From Crocosphaera subtropica ATCC 51142 (GTDB lineage Bacteria > Cyanobacteriota > Cyanobacteriia > Cyanobacteriales > Microcystaceae), in NCBI RefSeq assembly GCF_000017845.1, contig NC_010546.1, forward strand, positions 1,890,001-1,922,000: a DNA stretch of 32,000 nt. The letters are read 5' to 3'. Numbering within the stretch: the first letter of the stretch is position 1; the number at the start of each line of letters is the position of its first letter. Made by a program: the position numbers and the translations under genes. Shown here piece by piece: positions 9,579 to 19,066 of this stretch. The notes beneath the pieces are model-generated. The model worked only from the letters and a program-made list of their open reading frames with translations, did no database searches and was not told where the DNA came from.

Positions 9579-9617
9579 GTGTGTCTTGCATTCTGAGGTT
9601 TCCTCAGAATTACACAC
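9579..9617 (+). other. Stable two-tier stem-loop downstream of the cytochrome gene; possible U-tract-less terminator or RNA element
   Basis: ATTCTGAGG (9590-9598) / TTT loop / CCTCAGAAT (9602-9610) form a perfect 9-bp stem. The stem is extended by GTGTGT (9579-9584) pairing with ACACAC (9612-9617). No T-run follows. Confidence 0.3.
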
Positions 9618-9843
9618 TCGCTGTTCCCTTAAAACAATTAAACTTAAGTATTTTAGCCGTGGAATTACTGTTATTTGAAAACCATCATCATTGATCACAC
9701 CGTATTACTAACTAAGTTTAGTCAATTTATGTTGAATAAATATTAAGATGATGTACTTTTTCAGTTCAATTCGGGAATTCTAGGGTTAACCAAAGGAAGT
9801 TAAAATTCCTTGTCGATCTCGTCATCATTACTGAGAAATTCCT

Positions 9844-11106
9844 ATGTTAGCCACATCTTCTTATCACGATATTGATAACCATGATTCTTCTCCAGTTCGG
9901 CCTGTTACAGAGACAGACTCAGACACAGAAAGTAACGAGATCACTAGCGAGTTAGGGGATGATTTGCTTGAACTAGAATTACAAAGCATAGACTTCACAG
10001 AAACCGATCCCTCAACTAATCGAGTGACTACGGATTTAGTCCGTTTATATCTTCAAGATATTGGTCGGGTTCCCTTATTAAAAAAAGAAGAAGAAGTTAG
10101 TAAATCTAAACAAGTTCAACGCTATGTTGAATTACTAGATATCAGAAACCAAGCAGCAGAAGCAGATGATCCGATCATGGGTCAATTTGTTAAAGTTCAC
10201 AGTATTCATGATCAATTAATGGCCTATTTAGGTCATCGTCCCTCCTGGGAAAAATGGGCAAAAGCCAGTGAAGTTTCAGTATTTGAATTAAAAGAAATTT
10301 TAGCCCAAGGAAAACAACAATGGGCTACTTTAGCTAATATTGATATTCAGGAATTAGAGGAAATTCAAAAGTCAGGAATCCGATCCAAAGATGAAATGAT
10401 TAAAGCTAATTTACGTCTGGTGGTTTCTGTGGCTAAAAAGTATCAACATCGAGGGTTAGAATTACTAGATTTAATCCAAGAAGGAACCCTCGGATTAGAA
10501 AAAGCCGTTGAAAAATTTGATCCCATTAAAGGATATCGTTTTTCTACCTATGCTTATTGGTGGATTCGTCAAGGAATTACTAGGGCGATCGCTACTCAAA
10601 GTCGTATTATTCGTCTTCCTGTTCATGTGACAGAAAAACTCAATAAAATTAAACAAGTTCAACGACAAATTTCCCAAGCAAAAGGTCGCAATGCTACCCT
10701 AGAAGAAATTGGTAAAGAACTGAACATGACACCGACACAGGTTCGAGAGGTGTTCATGAAAATTCCCCGTTCGGTTTCTTTAGAAATTAAAGTTGGCAAA
10801 GAAAAAGATACAGAATTAGTGGATTTATTAGAGTCAGAAGATATTTCTCCAGAAGAAAATTTAGCCATTGAATCTTTGCGTCGAGATATCGGGATTTTAT
10901 TAGAAGACTTAACGGAAAGAGAACAGGAAGTCATAAAATTACGGTATGGGTTTGAAGATGGGGTTTCTTATTCTTTAGCTGATATTGGCCGAACCTTAGA
11001 TTTATCAAGAGAACGAGTTCGCCAAATCGAAGCTAAAGCTTTACAAAAGTTACGTCAACCTCGAAGACGGAACCAAATTCGAGATTATTTTGAAAGTTTG
11101 ACTTAA
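9844..11106 (+). CDS. RNA polymerase sigma-70 family factor, group 2 type
   Basis: Region 1.2 DLVRLYLQDIGRVPLL, region 2 ANLRLVVSVAKKY / DLIQEGTLGLEKAVEKFD / YAYWWIRQGITRAI, and region 4.2 TLDLSRERVRQIEAKALQKLR. There is an acidic N-terminal extension. Confidence 0.9.
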   Translation: MLATSSYHDIDNHDSSPVRPVTETDSDTESNEITSELGDDLLELELQSIDFTETDPSTNRVTTDLVRLYLQDIGRVPLLKKEEEVSKSKQVQRYVELLDIRNQAAEADDPIMGQFVKVHSIHDQLMAYLGHRPSWEKWAKASEVSVFELKEILAQGKQQWATLANIDIQELEEIQKSGIRSKDEMIKANLRLVVSVAKKYQHRGLELLDLIQEGTLGLEKAVEKFDPIKGYRFSTYAYWWIRQGITRAIATQSRIIRLPVHVTEKLNKIKQVQRQISQAKGRNATLEEIGKELNMTPTQVREVFMKIPRSVSLEIKVGKEKDTELVDLLESEDISPEENLAIESLRRDIGILLEDLTEREQEVIKLRYGFEDGVSYSLADIGRTLDLSRERVRQIEAKALQKLRQPRRRNQIRDYFESLT

Positions 11107-11198
11107 TCTTAAGATCACTGAGGTAAATAGTTAAGTTTTCGTCAAGGATGGCAATCTGAATTTTGCTAATATTGAGAAATATTAGGATAAAATTTCAA

Positions 11199-12590
11199 AT
11201 GTCATCTTCTCAAGAATTTCACTCGCAAACCAAACTGAAGTTTTCGACGAAGTTAGCTTATGGAATTGGGGAATTAAGTGGATCGTTACCCAGTAATATT
11301 TTAGTTTTCTTTTTTCTCTTTTTCTTGACAGATATTGCTGGTCTTAAACCTGGAGTGGCTGGTATTATTGTCATGATTGGAAAAATTTGGGATGCTATCA
11401 ATGATCCCTTGATTGGTTGGTTAAGCGATCGCACTCGTTCTCGCTTTGGCCGTCGCTATCCTTGGATGATTTTAGGCGCAATTCCTTTGGGGTTGAGTTG
11501 TGTTTTGTTGTGGACAATTCCCCCGAATAATCATCAAACCTTTATGATTATTTATTATACTTTAATTGCTTTAGTTTTTTATACAGCATTTACTGCCGTT
11601 TTACTTCCCTATAGTGCCTTATCTGCTGAGTTGACCCAAGATTATAATGATCGAACTAATTTAATTAGTTTTCGTTCTGCTTTTAGTATTGGGGGAAGCA
11701 TTTTTTCTCTCGTTTTGGCTGAGTTTATTTTTGCTTGGATTAATAATGAGCAAAAACAATATTTAATTTTAGGCTTAATGGCTGGTTTAATTGCGACGTT
11801 TTCTGTTTATGCCAGTGTGTTTGGAACCTATCAACGTTATCATCAAGTTCAAGACAACTATCGTAATTATAATCGATCATCTACGTTATCGATTCAGGAA
11901 AAATTACGTTTGATTTTCACTAACTTCCCTTTTATTTGTGTGATGATCATTTATCTTTGTTCTTGGTTAAGTGTACAAACCATTGCAGCTATTTTACCCT
12001 ATTTTGTGATTAATTGTATGGGGTTATCTGAAGAACATTTTACTCGGATGGCAATTATGGTTCAAGGAACTGCTTTAATCATGATGATAGTGTGGAGTCA
12101 TCTTAGTCATCGTTTAGGCAAAAAGATTATTTATTTAATGGGAATTCCTTTTACCATCGTGGCTGAATTAGGCTTATTCTTATTACAACCCGGACAAGTT
12201 ACCTTAATGTATATGATTGCAATCATGGCAGGGGTGGGTATTGCAACAGCATATATTGTTCCTTGGTCAATGTTACCTGATGTTGTGGATTTAGATCAAC
12301 TGAAAACAGGAGAAAGACGTGAAGGTATTTTTTTTGCATTGGTGGTTCAATTACAGAAAATTGGCATTGCTGTTGCTTTATTCGTGGTGGGTAAAATACT
12401 AGATAGTGCCGGCTATATTCCTGGAAGTACAGGACAACAACCCGATACGGCTTTATGGGCAATTCGCATGATCATTGGTCCTTTACCCATTACTTTATTA
12501 ATTATTAGTTTTGTGTTTGCTTATCTATATCCTATTACCCAGGAAATTCATCAAGATATCGTATCTAAAATTTATCAAAAAAATCGTTAA
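11199..12590 (+). CDS. MFS transporter of the glycoside-pentoside-hexuronide (GPH):cation symporter family
   Basis: 12-TM profile and the GPH signature DAINDPLIGWLSDRTRSRFGRRYPWM. The track ORF starts at TTG 11163; the ATG at 11199 (MSSSQEF) is preferred. Confidence 0.85.
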   Translation: MSSSQEFHSQTKLKFSTKLAYGIGELSGSLPSNILVFFFLFFLTDIAGLKPGVAGIIVMIGKIWDAINDPLIGWLSDRTRSRFGRRYPWMILGAIPLGLSCVLLWTIPPNNHQTFMIIYYTLIALVFYTAFTAVLLPYSALSAELTQDYNDRTNLISFRSAFSIGGSIFSLVLAEFIFAWINNEQKQYLILGLMAGLIATFSVYASVFGTYQRYHQVQDNYRNYNRSSTLSIQEKLRLIFTNFPFICVMIIYLCSWLSVQTIAAILPYFVINCMGLSEEHFTRMAIMVQGTALIMMIVWSHLSHRLGKKIIYLMGIPFTIVAELGLFLLQPGQVTLMYMIAIMAGVGIATAYIVPWSMLPDVVDLDQLKTGERREGIFFALVVQLQKIGIAVALFVVGKILDSAGYIPGSTGQQPDTALWAIRMIIGPLPITLLIISFVFAYLYPITQEIHQDIVSKIYQKNR

Positions 12591-12611
12591 TTAAATTAAT
12601 TTTTTTTATTT

Positions 12612-13100
12612 TTACCATAAAAAATCTGATTTTGCAACTATTTTTATAGTTTCTTCTGCAAAGGGTTCACGTTCTTTCAGTGTCCAGCTTTTTACTTCAG
12701 CAATTTTACCCTGTCTCAAAGAAGCAATAAGATAGGAATATTGAGGCCAAGCAATTTCTTGATCAAACGCTGATGGAATGGCAGGATAATCAGGATGAGA
12801 ATGATAAATACCAATAATCATTAAACTGCGATCGCGGACTTCTTTTTGTACTTGTAATAAGGTATAAGGATCAATACTAAAACGATTTTTTTTACTTAAA
12901 GGTTGCTGGTTAGAACTAGGAACATTAGATAAGTTTTTATTCATCTCACTTGTCCAACTATTTTCCGTTTCTCGAACTTCTATCACCCGTTTATAATTCT
13001 TTTCACGGTTTCCTAACAATAAACCACAACATTCTTCGGGATAAGTGATTTCAGCATGGCGGTGAATTTGTTGTAATTGTTGACTAGAAAGATAAATCAT
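12612..13100 (-). CDS. Mov34/MPN/PAD-1 (JAMM) family metalloprotease
   Basis: The EECCGLLLG glutamate motif plus the JAMM motif HSHPDYPAIPSAFD (H-x-H-x7-S-x2-D). An insert of about 30 aa (SWTSEMNKNLSNVPSSNQQPLSKKNRF) lies between them. Confidence 0.85.
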   Translation of the reverse strand: MIYLSSQQLQQIHRHAEITYPEECCGLLLGNREKNYKRVIEVRETENSWTSEMNKNLSNVPSSNQQPLSKKNRFSIDPYTLLQVQKEVRDRSLMIIGIYHSHPDYPAIPSAFDQEIAWPQYSYLIASLRQGKIAEVKSWTLKEREPFAEETIKIVAKSDFLW

Positions 13101-13164
13101 CAGGGGTTGTTGTGTAAAATCTAAGTATACTAAGATTAGTAATGTAAAAATAGCAAAAACAGCT

Positions 13165-13353
13165 ATGCAAACAACAGCAGATTATACTTGTGCTTTTTGT
13201 GGAGAAACCAATACAACTTTTATTGATATTAGTGGGGGGAACTATCAATCTTACATCGAAGATTGTCAAGTATGTTGTCGTCCTAATATTCTTTATTTAA
13301 CAGTGGATGAAGACACCCTAGAGGTAACGATTAATAGTGATTATCAAGAGTGA
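13165..13353 (+). CDS. CPXCG-type cysteine-rich (zinc-ribbon-like) small protein
   Basis: 62 aa with two Cys pairs, CAFCG and CQVCC, about 27 residues apart. This is the layout of the CPXCG-motif small-protein family. It is divergent from the JAMM gene. Confidence 0.6.
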   Translation: MQTTADYTCAFCGETNTTFIDISGGNYQSYIEDCQVCCRPNILYLTVDEDTLEVTINSDYQE

Positions 13354-13367
13354 GTTTAACAGAATCA

Positions 13368-15467
13368 TCAACTATTAATTAATTGGTTCATATCATCTAC
13401 AGCTAAAGGTTTAGAAAATAAGTAACCTTGACCATATTGACAGTTTAATTGTTTCAGTAATTTTAATTGTTCGTCCGTTTCAATCCCTTCGGCAACAATA
13501 TCCATATTCAAATTCCTTCCTAAATTGATAATGGTTTTAACAATTTCTAAACCTTCTTTATTTTTGCTCAAATTGCTAATAAACGAGCGATCAATCTTAA
13601 GAGTATCCACTGGAAAATAATGTAAATAACTCAAGGATGAATAACCGGTTCCAAAGTCATCAAGGGATAATATAATCCCTAAATCTTTCAATTGATTGAG
13701 AATAACAATAGCAGAATCAGGATCTTGAATTAAAGCCGTTTCTGTTATTTCTAGAGTTATGTTACTTGGATTTAATCCCGTTGTAGATAAAATTTTTCTA
13801 ATTTTTTGGGTTAAATTTTTCTGTAAACACTGATAACTTGAAATATTAATACTTACCTTAGAAAATTGACAATTGGAACCAAGGGTTAACCATTGTTTCA
13901 TTTGATGACAAGCTGTTTCTAAAACCCAATTATCGATGGCTAAAATATACCCTGTCTCTTCGGCGATGGGAATAAAAAATTGAGGAGAAATTAACCCGTT
14001 TTGAGGATGTTGCCAACGCACTAAGGCTTCGACTCCCTGAATCATTTGCGTTTCTAAATCAAAAATAGGTTGATAATAAAGGGTTAATTCTTCTTTTTCA
14101 ATTGCTCCTTTTAAGTCATTTTCGAGACGAGAGGCGGAGATAATTTCTTGGGCTACCACGGGATCAAAAATAGCGTAACACGCTCTTCCTTTTGCTTTTG
14201 CACGGTACATAGCAATATCTGCATCCCGAATTAAGTTATCCATTGATAAATAACCATTGGAACTTAAAACAATACCAATACTACTATTAGTAAAAACCTC
14301 TTTCCCATCGATAATAAAAGGGGAATTCAGACTGTCATTAATACGTTGAGCAACATGAATGGCATCGTCACGGGAGTGAATGTCTTCGAGAAGAATGGCA
14401 AATTCGTCTCCGCCAAAACGGGCAACGGTATCAATGGAACGTAAGAGATGGGTTAAACGTCGAGAAACCTCATTTAATAAGCGATCGCCCATTTGATGTC
14501 CCAAGCTATCATTAATCACTTTAAAGCGATCTAAGTCTAAAAATAGAACAGCAAATAAATAATTGGAGTTGCGTTTTACCCGTTCAATGGCATCAATTAA
14601 TCGTTCTTGAAACCAACGACGGTTGGGCAAGTTAGTCAGGGAATCATAAAAAGCTTGTCGATGTAGTTTTTGAGTGGTTAATTTATATTCTGTGATGTCT
14701 CGAAAAACTAAGACAACGCCAGTACATTGATCGCCATTATGACTTAGGGAAGTTGTCTGTTTATATTCATAAATTGGGGCAGCATTATCACCAATAGCAA
14801 TGGCTTGGCCATCTTTTTTGACTAATAGGGTATGACTCGGTAAGGTTAGCATTTGACCGTTCTCTAGCACTTGCTCAATAGGAGAAGGAAGAGATTGATG
14901 GGTGGTTTCATTAATCAATTTAAAGACTTCTGTTACTGGTTTTCCTATGGCTTCTGATAATGTCCATCCCGTCAGTTGTTCTGCCATAGGATTAAGATAA
15001 GTGATTTGATGGTTAATATCTGTGGTGAGTACCCCATCTCCCACACTGTTTAGAATAGTTGATAACCATTGTTTCTGTTCGATTAGTTGTTGTTTAATTT
15101 CATGTTTATAGAGAGCAATTTCTAGGGTAATGCGTAAATCTTGTTCCACAAATGGTTTAATTAAATAACCATAGGGATCGGTTAATTTAGCTCTGGCGAG
15201 GGTTTCGTCATCTCCATGAGCCGTCAGATATATAATAGGAATATTGAACTCTTGGTTAATAATTTCTGCTGCTTCAATGCCGTCCATTTTCCCAATTAAT
15301 CGAATATCCATTAAGATTAAATCGGGTCTAAATTTAGCAGCGTTTTTAATGGCTAATTCCCCTGAATCAGCGATAACAGGAACTATATATCCTAATTCTT
15401 CCAAGGTCATTTTAATATCTTGGGCAACGATACTTTCATCTTCAACAACTAGGATATTAACGGTCAT
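13368..15467 (-). CDS. Response regulator with REC-PAS-GGDEF-EAL architecture (c-di-GMP turnover)
   Basis: REC: ILVVEDE, DLILMDIRL, LIKP. PAS: LSTILNSVGDGVLTTD. GGDEF: RFGGDEFAIL is intact. EAL: VEALVRW, DDFGTGYSSL and EGIETDEQ are intact. Confidence 0.9.
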   Translation of the reverse strand: MTVNILVVEDESIVAQDIKMTLEELGYIVPVIADSGELAIKNAAKFRPDLILMDIRLIGKMDGIEAAEIINQEFNIPIIYLTAHGDDETLARAKLTDPYGYLIKPFVEQDLRITLEIALYKHEIKQQLIEQKQWLSTILNSVGDGVLTTDINHQITYLNPMAEQLTGWTLSEAIGKPVTEVFKLINETTHQSLPSPIEQVLENGQMLTLPSHTLLVKKDGQAIAIGDNAAPIYEYKQTTSLSHNGDQCTGVVLVFRDITEYKLTTQKLHRQAFYDSLTNLPNRRWFQERLIDAIERVKRNSNYLFAVLFLDLDRFKVINDSLGHQMGDRLLNEVSRRLTHLLRSIDTVARFGGDEFAILLEDIHSRDDAIHVAQRINDSLNSPFIIDGKEVFTNSSIGIVLSSNGYLSMDNLIRDADIAMYRAKAKGRACYAIFDPVVAQEIISASRLENDLKGAIEKEELTLYYQPIFDLETQMIQGVEALVRWQHPQNGLISPQFFIPIAEETGYILAIDNWVLETACHQMKQWLTLGSNCQFSKVSINISSYQCLQKNLTQKIRKILSTTGLNPSNITLEITETALIQDPDSAIVILNQLKDLGIILSLDDFGTGYSSLSYLHYFPVDTLKIDRSFISNLSKNKEGLEIVKTIINLGRNLNMDIVAEGIETDEQLKLLKQLNCQYGQGYLFSKPLAVDDMNQLINS

Positions 15468-15541
15468 TTATTTTGATCTAATTAAGAAAGGTTAGGAGAA
15501 CGAAGAAATTCGGTTTTAGAGGGAATACTTAAAACTAAAAA

Positions 15542-18500
15542 TCATGGGTTGATTCTGGTTAAAGTAATTTTAAAATGGGTTCCCTGCTTATTTCCTAGTA
15601 TAATCTGTCCTCGCAGTTGATTTGTCAAGGTCTTTACTAATTGTAACCCCAAAGTTTTTACTTGGTCTAAATCAAAGTCTTTAGGTAATCCTTTTCCGTT
15701 ATCTTTCACTGTTAATATGATTGATTGCTCATTATTCATCATAGCCTGTAACGTAATTTCTCCTTGAGTTCCTGGAGCAAAGGCATATTTATAAGCATTA
15801 GAAATTAATTCATTGATAATTAAACCACAGGGAACAGCAATATCAATGGTCAAAAAAATCATCGGATTAATATCTGTCTTTAGATTGATTTTGGTTGTAA
15901 CATTTTTATAGGCATTAGCAATATTTTTTGCTAAATCTTGAAGATAATCAGCTAAATTAATACTGGCAATATTTTCAGAGCGATAAAGTTTTTCATGAAC
16001 AAGAGACATGGCTCTAACACGGTTTTGACTCTCTCGTAATAGTTCTTTAATTTGAGTATCTTCTACGGAACGAGCTTGTAAATTGAGTAAGCTACAAATA
16101 ACCTGTAAATTATTTTTAACCCGATGATGAATTTCTCGGAGTAATACTTCTTTTTCCTCAAGAGAGGTTGTTAGTTTATTTTCAGCTTGTTTGCGATCGC
16201 TGATATCGACTAAATAGCCTAAACTTTCTCTAGGATTACCCTTTTCATCTCGTATTAAACGCAGTTGTGCCAATAACCAACGATAATTTCCATCGGCGTG
16301 TAAAAAGCGATATTCATGGTTATAAAAGTCCTGTTCAAAGAGTTGGGATAAATTAGATAAAATACGCTCACGATCATCAGGATGAACCCGATCTACCCAA
16401 AACTTAGAATCTTTTAAAAAATCCTCTGGTTTATACCCTAATAAATTCGTCACATTTTCACTAATATAAGTCGCTGGAAAATCATCATAGGGTTGACAAC
16501 CAAAAATAACCACAGGAGAAGAACGAATTAAATATTGCAGTCGTTGCTCACTGTTTTTTAATGCTGCTTCTATTTTTTTATTTTCATTAATATCTTCTTG
16601 CACTGCCACTAAGACTTTGCCATACTCAGGATGGTTAAAACAACTGGTAGTAGCACGACACCAAAAAGCTGTACCATCTTTTTTCACATTATAAACTTCA
16701 TAGGTGTATTCTCCTTTTTCTAATACATTGTGCCTAATTTCTTGATTAACATCTTCAGCACTTTTACGCTCATCTTCATAATTAACAATAGAAACGTGCT
16801 GTCCTTTTAATTCGCCTATTTCATAGCCAAACATCCGTTCAAATTTAGGATTAGCATAAACTAATTCTCCAGTATCAGCACTTACTAAACAAACCCCTTC
16901 GGCCATATTTTTGACGATGACATCTTGTAGTTCTAAGGTTTGTTGAATGGCTTTTCTTTCCGTAATATCTTCAGCAATACCAGCCACTCTATAAATGTTA
17001 CCTAATTCATCAAAAACAGGATAACTTCTTGACCAAATCCAGCGTATTTCTCCATTGGGCCGAATAATACGATATTCTTCATTATATTGACCCTGTGAAA
17101 TCCTATTTTCAAAGGCAATTCTCACCCGTTGGCGATCATCAGGATGAATACAATTTATCCAAGCATAGGGGTTTTTATAGACGGTTTCACAAGATATTCC
17201 CCAAAGGTCTTCAAAAGCAGGACTAATATAAAGAACTTGATAGGTTTGAGCATCATGAATATACAAAACATCTTTGACATTATCGATTAATTGACGAAAT
17301 TTGAGCTTATTTTCTCGTAAAGATTCTTCTATTTGTTTGAGATGGGTAATGTTACGAAGACTAATCACCACCCCCGAAATAGTTTTATTGTTTTCAAAAT
17401 AGGGGACAAAATTAGCACTAATAAACTGTTTTCCCAACCCAGGTAACTCAAACCAATTTTGAAATTCTTGGCTAATTCCGCTAAAACTACGATCAATATA
17501 AGGCTTTACTTTGGTTTCAAAAACGGTTTTTCCTAAAATTTCAACAACAGAGTGACCGATAACTTCTGTATCAGTTTTTTGATGTAAGTCTAAATAAGAT
17601 TGATTGACTAATTGATAGTTATAATTCCGATCTAATAAAACAATTCCATCACTGGCCGCTGAAATAATGCGCTTATACTGTTGTAATTTTGCCTCTGCTA
17701 CTTTGCGATCGCTAATATCTTCAATCATGGCAAACCCATAACGGGGTTGTCCTTGTTCGTCTTTTAACAAAGCTGCTGTTAGCATAACCCAAAGGATCTG
17801 ACCTTGTTTTGTCACATAGCGTTTTTCTAAGGAATAAGAGGGAATTTCTTGTTGATATAATTGTTGTGCTAAGTTGACATCCTTATCAATATCGTCAGGG
17901 TGAGTAACATCCACAAAGGTTAATTCTAATAATTCTGAGGCCAAATAGCCTAACATTTGACATAGGGTATGATTAACATCAATAAACCGATAATCTAACC
18001 CCACAATAGCCATTCCTAACGGGCCATCTTCAAACACTTTGCGAAACCTTTGTTGATGTTCGTAGATCGCTTGTTCTCGCTGTCGGCGATCGCTAATATC
18101 TCGCAAAAACACTGTCACAATGGTTTCTTCTGATAAATCTAATTTAGCAATGGATGCTTCTGCTAGAAACTCGGTTTGATCCTGGCGTAAGCCAAAAATC
18201 TCCCGTTTTTTTCCCATCTTTCTCGTTATATCAGAGGACTGCTGAAACTGATTAACGTATTGTTGGTGAGAGACAATAAAACGCTGAGGAAGTAAACAGT
18301 TTAGGGATTTTCCGATGATGTCTGAAGCGTTCCAACCAAAGATTTTTTCGGCCCCTCGATTAAAAAGGGTAATCTCTTGTTTAGCATTGAGGGAAATGAT
18401 GGCCTCTTCTGCCATGTCTAAAATACTCTCTAAACGCCGTTGGGAGGTTCGCAGGGCTTTTTCTACGGTTTGACGCTGCTTGATTTCTTCTTCTAAGGCT

Positions 18501-18880
18501 TCGGTACTGGGAAGGGCTAAAATTTTAGGAAGGAGGGGAATGAGGACAATAGCGGTATAAATGGAACTAATGGCGGTGATGGCTTTAATGATGCCAGAAA
18601 CCCAATAATCAGGATGCCACAGGGTCCAGATAGCCATCAGATGAGTGGTTCCACAGGAAACAATAAACATCCCAAATAACAGAAAAACCCAATTATAGGG
18701 GAAATTGTGCCGTTTTTGCACAAAATAAACCAGGGTTAGGGGAATAGAATAATAAGCGAGGGCAATCATCCCGTCAGAAACCAGATGCAGTCCCACTAAT
18801 GGGGTTTGCCACAGATAACAATAACCATGAGGCATTAACCCCAAGACAAGATAGGAAAAGAGGGGAGTTAAAAGAGTCAT
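15542..18880 (-). CDS. Sensor histidine kinase: ETR1-like ethylene-binding-type membrane domain, six PAS domains, and a HisKA_2/HWE-type kinase core
   Basis: The N-terminus VSDGMIALAYYSIPLTLVYFVQKRHNFPYNWVFLLFGMFIVSCGTTHLMAIWT matches the ETR1 ethylene-binding domain. There are six PAS-like repeats. The H-box is EIHHRVKNNLQVICSLLNLQ (HisKA_2). The HATPase N-box is ELISNAYKYAF, and G-boxes are VKDNGKGLP and LGLQLV. Confidence 0.9.
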   Translation of the reverse strand: MTLLTPLFSYLVLGLMPHGYCYLWQTPLVGLHLVSDGMIALAYYSIPLTLVYFVQKRHNFPYNWVFLLFGMFIVSCGTTHLMAIWTLWHPDYWVSGIIKAITAISSIYTAIVLIPLLPKILALPSTEALEEEIKQRQTVEKALRTSQRRLESILDMAEEAIISLNAKQEITLFNRGAEKIFGWNASDIIGKSLNCLLPQRFIVSHQQYVNQFQQSSDITRKMGKKREIFGLRQDQTEFLAEASIAKLDLSEETIVTVFLRDISDRRQREQAIYEHQQRFRKVFEDGPLGMAIVGLDYRFIDVNHTLCQMLGYLASELLELTFVDVTHPDDIDKDVNLAQQLYQQEIPSYSLEKRYVTKQGQILWVMLTAALLKDEQGQPRYGFAMIEDISDRKVAEAKLQQYKRIISAASDGIVLLDRNYNYQLVNQSYLDLHQKTDTEVIGHSVVEILGKTVFETKVKPYIDRSFSGISQEFQNWFELPGLGKQFISANFVPYFENNKTISGVVISLRNITHLKQIEESLRENKLKFRQLIDNVKDVLYIHDAQTYQVLYISPAFEDLWGISCETVYKNPYAWINCIHPDDRQRVRIAFENRISQGQYNEEYRIIRPNGEIRWIWSRSYPVFDELGNIYRVAGIAEDITERKAIQQTLELQDVIVKNMAEGVCLVSADTGELVYANPKFERMFGYEIGELKGQHVSIVNYEDERKSAEDVNQEIRHNVLEKGEYTYEVYNVKKDGTAFWCRATTSCFNHPEYGKVLVAVQEDINENKKIEAALKNSEQRLQYLIRSSPVVIFGCQPYDDFPATYISENVTNLLGYKPEDFLKDSKFWVDRVHPDDRERILSNLSQLFEQDFYNHEYRFLHADGNYRWLLAQLRLIRDEKGNPRESLGYLVDISDRKQAENKLTTSLEEKEVLLREIHHRVKNNLQVICSLLNLQARSVEDTQIKELLRESQNRVRAMSLVHEKLYRSENIASINLADYLQDLAKNIANAYKNVTTKINLKTDINPMIFLTIDIAVPCGLIINELISNAYKYAFAPGTQGEITLQAMMNNEQSIILTVKDNGKGLPKDFDLDQVKTLGLQLVKTLTNQLRGQIILGNKQGTHFKITLTRINP

Positions 18881-18882
18881 GA

Positions 18883-18938
18883 GTAAACAGTGATCAGTGA
18901 TCAGTGAACAGTAAACAGTGATCAGTAATCAGTGACCT
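18883..18938. repeat. Heptamer tandem repeat (STRR-like), 8 units of GTRAWCA
   Basis: GTAAACA GTGATCA GTGATCA GTGAACA GTAAACA GTGATCA GTAATCA GTGACCT. It begins 3 nt upstream of the kinase start codon, in its leader. Confidence 0.85.
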
Positions 18939-19066
18939 ATGATTTTAACGGTTAATTGATCATTAACCCTTTTATTTTCCCCAAATTTTAATGATTAAGT
19001 TTTATTTATTAATTATTAATGATATAGCGTTTCCCGAACTCATAAGGTACACCTAAAATTCAACTG

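Noticed and set aside
9482-9698. Two overlapping short ORFs (70 aa on the plus strand, 61 aa on the minus strand) in the cytochrome-sigma spacer
   Set aside because: They overlap each other on opposite strands, span the strong hairpin at 9579-9617, and have no RBS or motif. The region is more likely non-coding leader or terminator sequence.
10495-10934. 60-aa and 91-aa minus-strand ORFs inside the sigma-factor gene
   Set aside because: They are antisense to a fully motif-supported sigma-70 CDS.
12223-12462. 79-aa minus-strand ORF inside the MFS transporter gene
   Set aside because: An antisense artefact.
13084-13269. 61-aa minus-strand ORF bridging the JAMM gene start and the CPXCG gene
   Set aside because: It overlaps both better-supported genes and their shared promoter spacer. 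The translation is low-complexity.
15244-15495. 83-aa plus-strand ORF over the REC domain of the response regulator
   Set aside because: An antisense artefact.
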